A stretch of 64,000 nucleotides of DNA. Origin: an uncultured Candidatus Saccharibacteria bacterium. GTDB taxonomy: Bacteria; Patescibacteriota; Saccharimonadia; CAILAD01; JADZBC01. Below the pieces are notes generated by a model that was not told where the DNA came from, did not search any database, and was given only the letters and a program-made list of their open reading frames with translations. This document shows, one piece after another, positions 1 to 11,842 of the stretch. The DNA lies in NCBI GenBank assembly GCA_964600985.1, contig CAZRJR010000003.1, positions 2,583-66,582 of the forward strand, in the 5' to 3' direction. Made by a program: the position numbers and the translations under genes. The number at the start of each line of letters is the position of its first letter. Position 1 is the stretch's first letter.

Positions 1-2231
1 AGAACATCCATACCCACTACAGTATCTCCTGTGCGCAGGCGAATACCGCGTACACCTCGAGTGGCTCGACCCATTGGCCGCGCGTCGCTTTCTTTAAAAC
101 GGATTGCCTGCGCCATGGCAGTCGAGATAATGATGTCATCGCTACCGTGCGTCTTCTTAACCCACTTGAGCTCGTCGCCCTTATCTAGCTTAATAGCAAT
201 GAGTCCGCTCGATCGCACATTCAAGTACTCCGTAATCGCCGTCTTTTTGATCACACCATTCTTAGTAGCCATAAATAAGAACTTAGCGGAGTTGTTCTTC
301 TCGAGTGTAAGGAGTGAAGTGACCCGCTCATCAGGACTTAAGTTTAGTAAGTTTACGATCGCTTGGCCCTTGGCAGTTCGTGATGCAGCCGGCACTTCGT
401 ATGCCTTAAGTTTAAAGGCCCGACCTAGCGAGGTAAAGAACAGAATTGTGTCGTGATTATTGGTCTGAGCCATGTGTTCCACTACGTCTTCTTCCTTGGT
501 GGCCATGCCGATCTTGCCTTTACCACCCCGTGCCTGTGCGGTGTAGGTATTAGAAGGCATGCGCTTAATGTAGTTGCCAGCCGTGAGCGTAATGATTACC
601 TCTTCGTTTGGTATTAAGTCTTCGTCGGAGAATTTACCAATGTTCGACTTTACTATTTGGGTGCGGCGCTTGTCAGCATGCTTGTCTCTTAACTCCACCA
701 GCTCGTCACGAATTACTTTGAGAATGTTTGCTTCGTCGGAAAGAATCGTTTCGAGTTCTTTTATAAGGTTCATGAGCGCTGTGTATTCGTCCTCTATCCT
801 CTTGCGCTCTAGTCCCGCAAGTGTGCGGAGCTGCATGTCCAAAATTGCTTTAGCTTGAATCTCGGTCAACTTAAAGCTCTTAATCAAGTTGGTCATAGCC
901 TCTTCTTTGGTGCTGCTGGCGCGAATGGTAGAGATCACTTTGTCGATCTGATCAAGAGCAATGCGCAGGCCTTCGAGTATATGCGCTCTAGCTTGAGCCT
1001 TCTTGAGCTCGAACTCAGTACGCCTGCGCACCACAACTTTGCGGTGATCTAAGTAGTGACGCAGTACCATTTCTAAGTTCAGTACGCGTGGCTGAATGCC
1101 GTTTACTAACGCGAGCATATTAACGTGGAAGGTAGTCTGAAGTGGGGTTAAGCGGAAAAGCTGGTTAAGCAGCTTCTGAGCATAGGCGTCTTTTTTGAGC
1201 TCAATAATAATGCGTACTCCCACACGATCGGAAGATTCGTCGCGCACATCGGACAGTCCGGTAATTTTCTTCTCGTGGTACAAGTCGGCGATTTTTTGCA
1301 CAAGTACAGACTTATTTACTTGGAAGGGAATAGAAGTAACTACAATACGCTGTTTACCCTTCTTATCTTCTTCTATCTCCGCGTCAGCTCGCATCACAAT
1401 GCTACCTTTGCCCGTGCCATAAGCTTGGGCAATTCCGCCATCGTCAAAAATGATACCACCGCCAGGGAAATCGGGGCCTTTTACAATGTTGATCAAATCA
1501 GCCACAGTGGCTTCTGGGTTGTCGATGATGTAGATTACTGCGTCGACAATCTCGGCCAGATTATGCGGGGGAATATTGGTGGCCATACCGACCGCAATAC
1601 CCTGTACGCCATTTAGGAGTAAATTAGGTAGCTTAGCTGGCAACACCGAAGGCTCGCGCTTATTGCCATCATAGTTTGGCCTAAAATCTACGGTGTCTTT
1701 ATCGATATCAACCAAGAGTTCTTCGGTGAGCTTTTGCATACGGGCTTCGGTATAACGCATAGCTGCCGGTGCATCGCCGTCGATCGATCCAAAGTTACCC
1801 TGACCATCCACCAACATGTAGCGCATCGAAAAATCCTGAGCCATACGGGCCATTGCGTCGTAGATAGCCGTGTCGCCGTGCGGATGATAGCTACCCATTA
1901 CATCACCAACTACCGTGGCGCTCTTACGGAATTTAGAGCCGTGGCGCAGGCCAAGGTTGTTCATAACGTAGAGAATACGGCGGTGCACCGGCTTAAGGCC
2001 ATCACGTACATCCGGCAGTGCGCGCGACACAATAACACTCATGGAGTAGTCTAAGTAACTCTTCTCCATTTCGGTCTCGATAGTACGGAATTCAACTTGG
2101 CCAATACCACTGTCCATCATGGCTTGATTCGCCTGCTCTTCTGGAGTCAATTTCATCTCCTCACTCTTGGATTCTTCCCTCTTTGGTTCTTCCTTGGGGG
2201 TCTTTGCTGATTTGTCGGTTGATTCTGCCAT
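1..2231 (-). CDS. gyrA: DNA gyrase subunit A (partial; C-terminal part runs off the window start)
   Basis: Minus-strand translation from ATG at 2231 (rc of cat 2229-2231) gives [10 protein letters not shown]...[26 protein letters not shown]..., typical GyrA including the QRxxGRGG-like C-terminal repeats. No stop before position 1. Not in the ORF track because it is open-ended. Confidence 0.9.
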   Translation of the reverse strand, partial: MAESTDKSAKTPKEEPKREESKSEEMKLTPEEQANQAMMDSGIGQVEFRTIETEMEKSYLDYSMSVIVSRALPDVRDGLKPVHRRILYVMNNLGLRHGSKFRKSATVVGDVMGSYHPHGDTAIYDAMARMAQDFSMRYMLVDGQGNFGSIDGDAPAAMRYTEARMQKLTEELLVDIDKDTVDFRPNYDGNKREPSVLPAKLPNLLLNGVQGIAVGMATNIPPHNLAEIVDAVIYIIDNPEATVADLINIVKGPDFPGGGIIFDDGGIAQAYGTGKGSIVMRADAEIEEDKKGKQRIVVTSIPFQVNKSVLVQKIADLYHEKKITGLSDVRDESSDRVGVRIIIELKKDAYAQKLLNQLFRLTPLQTTFHVNMLALVNGIQPRVLNLEMVLRHYLDHRKVVVRRRTEFELKKAQARAHILEGLRIALDQIDKVISTIRASSTKEEAMTNLIKSFKLTEIQAKAILDMQLRTLAGLERKRIEDEYTALMNLIKELETILSDEANILKVIRDELVELRDKHADKRRTQIVKSNIGKFSDEDLIPNEEVIITLTAGNYIKRMPSNTYTAQARGGKGKIGMATKEEDVVEHMAQTNNHDTILFFTSLGRAFKLKAYEVPAASRTAKGQAIVNLLNLSPDERVTSLLTLEKNNSAKFLFMATKNGVIKKTAITEYLNVRSSGLIAIKLDKGDELKWVKKTHGSDDIIISTAMAQAIRFKESDARPMGRATRGVRGIRLRTGDTVVGMDV

Positions 2232-2239
2232 TGCTTCTC

Positions 2240-4330
<2,091 letters not shown>

Positions 4331-4442
4331 TTAAAACCCTCACAATTTATTTGGTATGTTAGCCGAGCTAACAACAGATACTACTTAGTATACCTTACCT
4401 GTTAAACTCCAAGCAAGTATGTAAGTAGAATGCGATACAAAC

Positions 4443-6956
4443 CTAGCGATTCACCACGGGAGTACCAGGCTTGGCTTGAGGCGTAGATGGCACCACGCTC
4501 AAACTCTGCGTTATTTCGGCAGCTACATCGGCCTTAGCGCGAGCGAAGTTTTGACGTGACAACTGCACCATTTGACCATATAGTGTAGGGTCGCTCTCGC
4601 CGATGGGCGGGAAGATTTCCTTAAGTGAAAAGGGCGGCGTAACTGCACCCCTACTAATCAAACGGGCAGCTGCATAGAGATTTGGCGTGTTAATAATGTC
4701 GTCCTTATCGAAAGCCGGCGCAAACTGCTTTGCCATAAACTCAGCGTCCTCTGGCCCTACCCTGAACCCAATCATATTACCGACGTTTCCAAACACCGCG
4801 TCGCGCACCGGTTCCTCAAGCTGTGAAATAAACTGATTCGCCATAATCATAGTCAGGCGGTACTTGCGGGCTTCAGACAAAATGGTAGCGATCGAATCGG
4901 TAGCGTAGTTCTGGAATTCATCGATATAGAGGCTAAAGTCCTGGCGTTGACCTTCGGGTGTGTCGGCCCGACTCATAGCTGCCATTTGGAATTTAATGAT
5001 AAAGATAATACCTAGCAATTTAGAGTTCTGATCACCCAGCAAACCCTTGGATAGGTTTACAAATAAGAGCTTTTTGCCATCCATAATATCCCGAAGGTTA
5101 AAGGAAGACTTTTTCTGACCAATGATGTTGCGCATAATCTCGTTGTTTGCAAAGTCGCCAAATTTAGAGGTGAAGTAGCCCAACATCTCGCTCTTAGAGT
5201 GTTCGCTGGTCTGAGCCATTTGCCCAGTCCAAAATTCTTGTACCACCGGATCACTTACATAGCGGAACTTTTGCTTTAAGAAATCATCGTTAGTAAAGAG
5301 CTTGGGTACCTCAATAAGTGTACCGCCAGCCGGGTCCGACATTACGGTGAGTGCGGCATTGCGAAACCAGTCTACAAACATTGGCCCAACTATTCCCTGG
5401 CCCTTAGGGTCGTAGAGTTTGTAGAACATGCTAATTGCTTCTTGGATTAAAAAGTCTTTTTGTTCTGGGTGAGCCGGATCAAATTCCATAATATTAAAGC
5501 CCAGGGGGTACTCGGTGTCACCAGGGTTAAAATAAATCACATCTTGCATGCGGTGTGGCGGCACCTTGGCCATAAGCTTCTCGGCAGTGTCACCATGTGG
5601 GTCGAGAAAACAAAGTCCCTTACCCATGTGCATGTCTTGCACTATGCAGTTCTCTAAGAAAACTGATTTACCCGTACCAGTTTGACCGATTATATATACA
5701 TGTCGACGACGATCGTCGTCGAGCAGGCGTACTACTGTTTCCTGGCCACGATACAAGTTGCTTCCCAATATAAGTCCTTCTGTAGGCATATCGGCCGGTG
5801 CTGGCACCTCACGCATACCCTTGCGAATCACTTGAGTAGACGATTCCATGCCTTCGCTCGGAAAGTGAAATATACTCGCCAGCTCAACGGAATTAAGGAC
5901 CGTTGAGGTTTGCGAAGCAGGGAAGAACCGAAAGATAAAGTCGGTTGTAAGCTTCTCTGGCGCTGCAGTAGGCTTGAATTTAAACTCATTAGAATTAGGC
6001 AGCGCTAACTGTGCAAATCCAGTTAGTATGTCCTGCACAATTGCCTTAGATCGATTCTGGTCAGTCGAGCTTGCAAGCACACGAATCATCACCTCGAATG
6101 CTGGCGCTGCGTACTTTTCCTCCACAAGCTGACTCATTTTTTGGTTAATTGCATCCGGTTGATTGTCTTGCTTGAGTGTACCCTCCTGAATTTTCTTGGA
6201 ATAACCCGGCTGCTTAATCGGCGCCATAGCAATGTCTTTAATGAGCTTTTTACCAGTATACTTTTCCTTGGCAATCTTTTCGGGATCAAGCAGGTCCTTG
6301 GCTTTCTTCTTAGCATTCTTGGCCCATTTAGCATGAGCTGGACGCACCAGGATCTGAATGCCGGCGCCTTCACCAGCCTGTAAGTGAGAAAGACTGCTTA
6401 GTATACCACTCAGTGGATCGGAGTCACGAGTTTTATAACTAGCAATCGGGAAGTAAGAATCATTCGCAAGGGCAAGCTCACCCCCCGACACACCTGCAAG
6501 CTTACTGGTTTCAGAAAAAATATTTGGGTCATCCACCTGCTCTATCTGAATTGTTGGATAGCCAGAAACCAAGGCCTTTTGTACAGTCGAAAGCAAGGTT
6601 ACGGGTACCGCCGCATAAAAGTAAATCATGGCGCCGTCGGCAATGATCTCGAAACTTAAGTAGCGATTACCATATATATGCGATTTATCAGCAGTGATGC
6701 CCGACAAGAGATTAAAGACTCCCTCGGCCTTTGATATGTTCTCCTTGAACAACTCCCGGGTATCGCGATTGCCTGCTTCACTCGCTTCGGCAGGCGGCAG
6801 TTTAATCTGTAGTGGCACAAGCTTAAGGCTGCGTTCTATGTCTTTGTTGCGCCGGGCTAGATTGCGGTACAGAATAAACAGCACCAAGCCTAGGGCAGAA
6901 AAAAAGGCCAGCCCCAAGGCCGTGCTGAGTAAAATAAAGGCTTGATTAGATTCCAA
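4443..6956 (-). CDS. membrane-anchored FtsK/HerA-superfamily P-loop ATPase (VirB4/VirD4/TraG/DUF87-like, T4SS-type)
   Basis: 837 aa. N-terminal TM helix. Walker A YIIGQTGTGKSVF followed by FLDPHGD (D-x-hGEY-like motif of HerA/VirB4). Walker B LYIDEFQNY then SEARKYRLTMIMANQ. No other T4SS components visible nearby. Confidence 0.5.
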   Translation of the reverse strand: MESNQAFILLSTALGLAFFSALGLVLFILYRNLARRNKDIERSLKLVPLQIKLPPAEASEAGNRDTRELFKENISKAEGVFNLLSGITADKSHIYGNRYLSFEIIADGAMIYFYAAVPVTLLSTVQKALVSGYPTIQIEQVDDPNIFSETSKLAGVSGGELALANDSYFPIASYKTRDSDPLSGILSSLSHLQAGEGAGIQILVRPAHAKWAKNAKKKAKDLLDPEKIAKEKYTGKKLIKDIAMAPIKQPGYSKKIQEGTLKQDNQPDAINQKMSQLVEEKYAAPAFEVMIRVLASSTDQNRSKAIVQDILTGFAQLALPNSNEFKFKPTAAPEKLTTDFIFRFFPASQTSTVLNSVELASIFHFPSEGMESSTQVIRKGMREVPAPADMPTEGLILGSNLYRGQETVVRLLDDDRRRHVYIIGQTGTGKSVFLENCIVQDMHMGKGLCFLDPHGDTAEKLMAKVPPHRMQDVIYFNPGDTEYPLGFNIMEFDPAHPEQKDFLIQEAISMFYKLYDPKGQGIVGPMFVDWFRNAALTVMSDPAGGTLIEVPKLFTNDDFLKQKFRYVSDPVVQEFWTGQMAQTSEHSKSEMLGYFTSKFGDFANNEIMRNIIGQKKSSFNLRDIMDGKKLLFVNLSKGLLGDQNSKLLGIIFIIKFQMAAMSRADTPEGQRQDFSLYIDEFQNYATDSIATILSEARKYRLTMIMANQFISQLEEPVRDAVFGNVGNMIGFRVGPEDAEFMAKQFAPAFDKDDIINTPNLYAAARLISRGAVTPPFSLKEIFPPIGESDPTLYGQMVQLSRQNFARAKADVAAEITQSLSVVPSTPQAKPGTPVVNR

Positions 6957-6977
6957 CTTTGCCGCCCACTCTGCCCA

Positions 6978-7415
6978 CTACTGCGGGTCACTCCTCTTAA
7001 TGTCTAGGTTAAAGCGCTGCTTTAGGTATAATGCGCTCAGTTCCTCATGTGCCTCTTCTTCGGCATGCGGATCCTGCGCGGTAGTGTGAATGATGGCATC
7101 AGCCCGGTCTACCCATTCCTTTTCGAGCTTCTTACCTCCTGCTGCCGGCGGTACTGTAGCTACTGGCTGCGGCTGCGTGGCGGCTTGCGGCGTGGCAGCT
7201 ACCGGTTGGGTAGACTGCTGGGATACGGCTGGCGCCTGGGTTGGTGCACCAGATGGCTGCACAGGCGCTTGCTCCGCCGCCGGAGCTACAGCGAGCTCTG
7301 AACTACGTAGTTGATCTGCAGTTTGTCCACCAACCGACTGTTCGGGGCGCTGGACTTGTGGTCGCGAATCTGGGCTTAGCGGATAGATAGGGTTAGGGTT
7401 ATGAGTAGGCTGCAT
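6978..7415 (-). CDS. hypothetical protein, Pro/Gln/Ala-rich N-terminus with conserved-looking C-terminal 50 aa
   Basis: 145-aa ORF between the ATPase and L,D-transpeptidase genes on the same strand. Low-complexity PQAT repeats. Coding status uncertain. Confidence 0.3.
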   Translation of the reverse strand: MQPTHNPNPIYPLSPDSRPQVQRPEQSVGGQTADQLRSSELAVAPAAEQAPVQPSGAPTQAPAVSQQSTQPVAATPQAATQPQPVATVPPAAGGKKLEKEWVDRADAIIHTTAQDPHAEEEAHEELSALYLKQRFNLDIKRSDPQ

Positions 7416-7503
7416 AGATTGACCTTTTGCCCTATTATAGCAATAAAACTATGCTCCGACCATAAGGACTATACAATCGAGTACAAATGATTCCGCTGAG
7501 TTT

Positions 7504-8988
7504 TTAGGTATGAACCCAAACCGGTGTGCCGATATCAGCCCAGTTATATATAAACGCTGCTGTTGCGAGTGGTAAATTCACACAACCATGGCTGCCATTG
7601 TAGTAATAGTCCGGCCCACCGTAGCTCGACCGCCAGCGCCACGCATCGTGCAAGCCAAACCCGCCATAGAACGGCATCCAGTAGTCCACGAGTACATCAT
7701 AGTTATACTGCGGGCCATACTGGTAACCAATTAAGTGTGTGTTGCGAGCCTTGGCGTAAATACTAAACAGCCCGGTAGCGGTAGGGAAGCCCATACCAGT
7801 AGCTCCGCTCGTAATTGGTGATTCGTAGATTACTTGGTCGTCCTGATATACCCACAGGTGTTGAGAAGTAAGATTGACTTCGATATAACGCGCCACACCG
7901 TCGAGCGTGGTAATGCGATTGTATTCAGTTTTGAATGCAACAGGAGCAGTTGTAAGTGTAAAGCTATTCGGAGTTTGTTTTTGTACAGCAGCTAGTAGAC
8001 TGGTTACTGCACTATCCTGATTGATGGCCAGGCCGTCCTCGCCCTCCTGGTCGGTCGTGCTCACTCCGTTTTTGATAGTGACTTTTTTATTCTTTGGCGC
8101 TATGTTGAGCTCGTTTGCGATTGTCTGCACATAGCCTCGCACCTTGGCTTCATCCACCTGGACCACCAGTGTGCTCTCCCCGGTAGCACTTTTTTGAGCT
8201 GGGAACGTGAGCCAACTAGCAATGTCGACAGAACTGGGTTTAAACGTCTTCCCTTGGTACTCCAGCACCACATTGGTCTGGGTCATGAGCTTAGCCTGGT
8301 CAATCACTGGCTGTGTAGCGGGTAATTGAATATCTGCTTTTACCCTGGTAGGCGTAAGCTCTACCGATTTGTCTTGACCCTCTGCCAGCACCTGCTGGAG
8401 TGTATGACCAAGCTCGGCTTGATCAATCGACACGCCATCTTGGTCAGGGACCGCCGCGATCACGCCGTCTGCCACCTGTACTCGAGCATTCACCGGTGGA
8501 CGGCCCACGTCAGAGAGAACCCGAGATACAAACTTACCAAGCGTAGCTGTATTAATACTATATGCGTAGCCAGTTCTGCCATTCTTTAGAGAACTCACAA
8601 TACCAACAATTGGCCACGGGGTAGTGCGACCAATGCGATAAGCGGCGTCCACAGTTGTGTTAATGTCACTCGTTGCCCCGAGCTGCTCGCTTTTCATAAC
8701 ATAAGTTTTATCAGCCAGCTTGAGAGTTAAAGTATGTTGATTGTCTTTGGCTGCCAGCAGTTTAATCGCTTGTGCGCGGGTCTTGAGCCCAACATCCTGA
8801 TTGGCGATTACCACACCAGGGTAGATCACGCCGGTTAGGGGAGCAGCCAAGATTGCATTTACAACCACCACGCCGAGTATGGGGGCCGCCAGTGCCAAAC
8901 CAAAGATTCGGAAGAGCTTTTTGCCACGCAAACTCTTTGCCCCCTTAGCCGCACTCCCAGAGTTAGTCTGTGGTGTATTCCGCCTCAT
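7504..8988 (-). CDS. L,D-transpeptidase (YkuD) domain protein with N-terminal TM anchor
   Basis: 494 aa. N-terminal TM helix (LFRIFGLALAAPILGVVVV). C-terminal YkuD-like motif NGSHGCVNLP with catalytic His/Cys. Confidence 0.55.
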   Translation of the reverse strand: MRRNTPQTNSGSAAKGAKSLRGKKLFRIFGLALAAPILGVVVVNAILAAPLTGVIYPGVVIANQDVGLKTRAQAIKLLAAKDNQHTLTLKLADKTYVMKSEQLGATSDINTTVDAAYRIGRTTPWPIVGIVSSLKNGRTGYAYSINTATLGKFVSRVLSDVGRPPVNARVQVADGVIAAVPDQDGVSIDQAELGHTLQQVLAEGQDKSVELTPTRVKADIQLPATQPVIDQAKLMTQTNVVLEYQGKTFKPSSVDIASWLTFPAQKSATGESTLVVQVDEAKVRGYVQTIANELNIAPKNKKVTIKNGVSTTDQEGEDGLAINQDSAVTSLLAAVQKQTPNSFTLTTAPVAFKTEYNRITTLDGVARYIEVNLTSQHLWVYQDDQVIYESPITSGATGMGFPTATGLFSIYAKARNTHLIGYQYGPQYNYDVLVDYWMPFYGGFGLHDAWRWRSSYGGPDYYYNGSHGCVNLPLATAAFIYNWADIGTPVWVHT

Positions 8989-9028
8989 TATTTCTTCGTT
9001 CTATTATAATAGGCCTCGCTACTTCTTG

Positions 9029-11842
9029 CTAGCGAATTATAACCTTTCCAAATGGCGCATGAGCCATAATTGCCTGTTCGATCGAGCTTAGTTTATTCTG
9101 GATTTCTGTAGTAGTTGGGTTGGGCCCCAGATCGAAACTTATACGGACTGTTAGGTTCTTAACCTTATCACGCTGCATTACGTCGTCTTGGTACAGACCG
9201 AGATATGCCACCTTCTGAACGCTATCCTGGTTAGTCACAAACTTCTCCAAATCACTCCAGGCTACGCTAGTATTACAAAGCATCGATATATCTCTGGAGA
9301 TAATCTGGTAATCAGGTAGATCAACCACCCGCATAGTAGCGGCCTGCTCTAACAGCGGACTTAGTAATACTTCACCATAGCTAACTTCGCTTTGTACGTC
9401 AGCTCGACTCACTACAGCCTTGCTCAGTTGGCCATATAGACCTACCTCGTCACCTTGCAAAGTAATTTTCCCACATCGACCGGGTGAGTAAACCGAGTCT
9501 TTGGCTACACTAAACTCCATATTTCCACCCGTAAAGCAATTAAGGTTATCAAGGGCTCCCTTGAGCCTGAGCAAGCTGTCTTTGCCAACCGTGGTAACGG
9601 CCAACTTCCAATCTTCAATCGGCAACTCACCGTCTTGCGTTGGCCTGTAGGTTCGGGATATCTCAAACATAGCAAACTGCTTGGCGTAGCCTTGGTTGTT
9701 CCGCACCACATCCAAATGGCTTGGTAGAATTGAGCTCCGTAGATACTGTTGTTCTTGGCTAAGCGGATTTGCAACTTCCATGAGTTCGGCTACGTTATAT
9801 CCAAGCCGCTCAATAGCGCGCGCACTAATGAATGAGTACGTGACAACTTCTTGAAGGCCAGTTGCTGCAAGGGCTCGTTTGAGCTCTAAAATATCGCCTA
9901 AAAGCCGATGTGGGCGCGTATTGGTAGGGGGTAGCGTAGGAAGTTCGGCCGGAATAGCATCGTATCCAATGATCTTAACGATCTCCTCGACCATATCCTC
10001 CTCGAGTCGCACATCGGTCCGCCACCACGGTGCCGTTACAGCCAAGATGTGATTAAAGTTTTCTACATAGCGCCTAGCGCCCAAGTACGTTGGCTCATTT
10101 GTAAAATCCGTTAACGGGACCTCGATCACGCCTTGCTGCTGGCGCGGCACCCACTCATCGCCTTTACGTTCATACTGGATTGCTGTAACTACCGTGTTAT
10201 TGCCTACATAAATTCCGTTATGCCCCACATACTCTGGTTCGTCGAGTGTATGCTTGTGCTTCTTGCCATCGGCATCAGTAGTGTAGTAGTGGTCGATCGG
10301 CGAGTTCTTCATAAGCCCCGTGTAGAACAACACGTCACCAGGTCTTAAGTCGCCAACTTCCACAGGCCAGCCATGGTGATATTGTCCGAGTGCCACATGG
10401 CCTACATGTACACCAATGCGCGAATAAATACGATCTACCAGATAAGAACAATCAAAGCCAGATTCACCGTGCTGTTTAAAGTTCGCGCCCCAAATATATG
10501 GTTTACCAAGATGCTTACGAGCTTCTTTTGTAATACTAAAATGCTCAACTTCGAAACCAAGCCGCTTAAGCCCACTAACCACTTGTTTTTCATCCAGCGC
10601 TACCCCTAGTATTTTCTCGGCCTTACGCAACCGTAAACCAATTTGCTGAACCCATGGCCAGCCATAAAGCTGATCTGTAGGGGAGTCAACTACTTTACCA
10701 TCGGCAACTTCTTGGAGCAGTACAACGAGTCGTTCGGCCGCAAAAGCAGGCAAGGGGAGGGGGAGTGAGCGCTCGAATCGTGCCGACGCCTCACTACGCA
10801 AGCCATGTCTAATTGCTGCCTTGCGAACTCGAGTTCTGTCAAAGTTCGCGATCTCAAGCAGTATTTCAGTCGTATTGGTGTCGACTTCGGTACGCGCGCC
10901 ACCCATCACGCCTGCTATACCAATAGCACCCTGGTCGTCTGCAATTACCAAGTCTTCCTCACTCAATGTGCGCTCTGCGCCATCCAGGGTGGTAAGTTTC
11001 TCAAGAGGGGAGGCGAAGCGTACTGCCAAATCACCGTGCAATTTAGTCGCATCATAAGCATGGGAGGGCTGTCCGGTTTCGAGCATAACAAAGTTAGTTA
11101 TATCTACAACGGGACTTATACTACGGATCCCGTTACCCTCTAAGTTATCCACAAGCCATTGCGGACTTTTCACGGCATTATTCACAGACATTTTCACAAC
11201 GATGAACCGCCTACATTCCCCCTTTTCCTTGACATCTACACTTTCTATGTCACTATATTGTATTTCGGCGGCAACAGGTAAAACTAGTTCGTTACCTTCG
11301 TCTCGGGCTGCCACTTCCCTAGCCAAGCCGATTAAACTCAAGTAATCCCACCTGTTTGCCGGTGTCTTTATATCCAGGCAATCACCTTTTTGCCATATGT
11401 CGCACAATGACTTTCCTAGGGGAGTTTCATCTGGCAAGAGCATGATACCGCTATGGTCGTCCGACACCCCCAGCTCCTTGGCTGAGCACAACATACCGTG
11501 CGACTCCACACCACGAAGCTTAGCCGCTTCAATGGTTAACCCATCCGGCAAGACACTGCCGACTTGCGCCAAGACCACCACTTGTTTTTCCGCCAAATTT
11601 GGTGCGCCACAAACTACCTCAACTGTGCCGCTGCCGGTATTAACAATAGCTATACGCAAACGATCAGCATCGGGGTGTGGCCGAACTTCATCTACCCGCG
11701 CAGTAATAATCTTCTCATCCCACGAGCTAGATGGCAGCACCTCCTCGACCTCAACTTCGGTTTTTAGTAACAACTCCACCATGCGTTCGGTTGAAAGCTG
11801 GCTCTTGAGATAGCGATTAATGCTGTCGACTGATATTTTCAT
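9029..11842 (-). CDS. pheT: phenylalanine--tRNA ligase beta subunit carrying an inserted NlpC/P60-like domain
   Basis: 937 aa. N-terminal tRNA-binding OB domain, B3/4, B5 (LGVALDEKQVVSGLKRLGFEVE), then ~160-aa insert GKPYIWGANFKQHGESGFDCSYLVDRIY...GDVLFYTG...HNGIYVGNNTVVTA (NlpC/P60 signature). PheT sequence resumes at VTAPWWRTDVRLEEDMVEEIVKIIGYDAIP. A C-terminal FDX-ACB-like region is present. Start overlaps the pheS stop. Confidence 0.95.
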   Translation of the reverse strand: MKISVDSINRYLKSQLSTERMVELLLKTEVEVEEVLPSSSWDEKIITARVDEVRPHPDADRLRIAIVNTGSGTVEVVCGAPNLAEKQVVVLAQVGSVLPDGLTIEAAKLRGVESHGMLCSAKELGVSDDHSGIMLLPDETPLGKSLCDIWQKGDCLDIKTPANRWDYLSLIGLAREVAARDEGNELVLPVAAEIQYSDIESVDVKEKGECRRFIVVKMSVNNAVKSPQWLVDNLEGNGIRSISPVVDITNFVMLETGQPSHAYDATKLHGDLAVRFASPLEKLTTLDGAERTLSEEDLVIADDQGAIGIAGVMGGARTEVDTNTTEILLEIANFDRTRVRKAAIRHGLRSEASARFERSLPLPLPAFAAERLVVLLQEVADGKVVDSPTDQLYGWPWVQQIGLRLRKAEKILGVALDEKQVVSGLKRLGFEVEHFSITKEARKHLGKPYIWGANFKQHGESGFDCSYLVDRIYSRIGVHVGHVALGQYHHGWPVEVGDLRPGDVLFYTGLMKNSPIDHYYTTDADGKKHKHTLDEPEYVGHNGIYVGNNTVVTAIQYERKGDEWVPRQQQGVIEVPLTDFTNEPTYLGARRYVENFNHILAVTAPWWRTDVRLEEDMVEEIVKIIGYDAIPAELPTLPPTNTRPHRLLGDILELKRALAATGLQEVVTYSFISARAIERLGYNVAELMEVANPLSQEQQYLRSSILPSHLDVVRNNQGYAKQFAMFEISRTYRPTQDGELPIEDWKLAVTTVGKDSLLRLKGALDNLNCFTGGNMEFSVAKDSVYSPGRCGKITLQGDEVGLYGQLSKAVVSRADVQSEVSYGEVLLSPLLEQAATMRVVDLPDYQIISRDISMLCNTSVAWSDLEKFVTNQDSVQKVAYLGLYQDDVMQRDKVKNLTVRISFDLGPNPTTTEIQNKLSSIEQAIMAHAPFGKVIIR

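Noticed and set aside
1195-2054. Plus-strand ORFs (1195..1422, 1275..1616, 1734..2054 etc.) inside the gyrA region
   Set aside because: Antisense to an unambiguous GyrA reading frame on the minus strand. No RBS, no recognisable motifs.
9029-11842. Intein in PheT
   Set aside because: The insert has no Hint-domain blocks and no Cys/Ser at the N-junction or His-Asn at the C-junction. It matches the NlpC/P60 signature instead.
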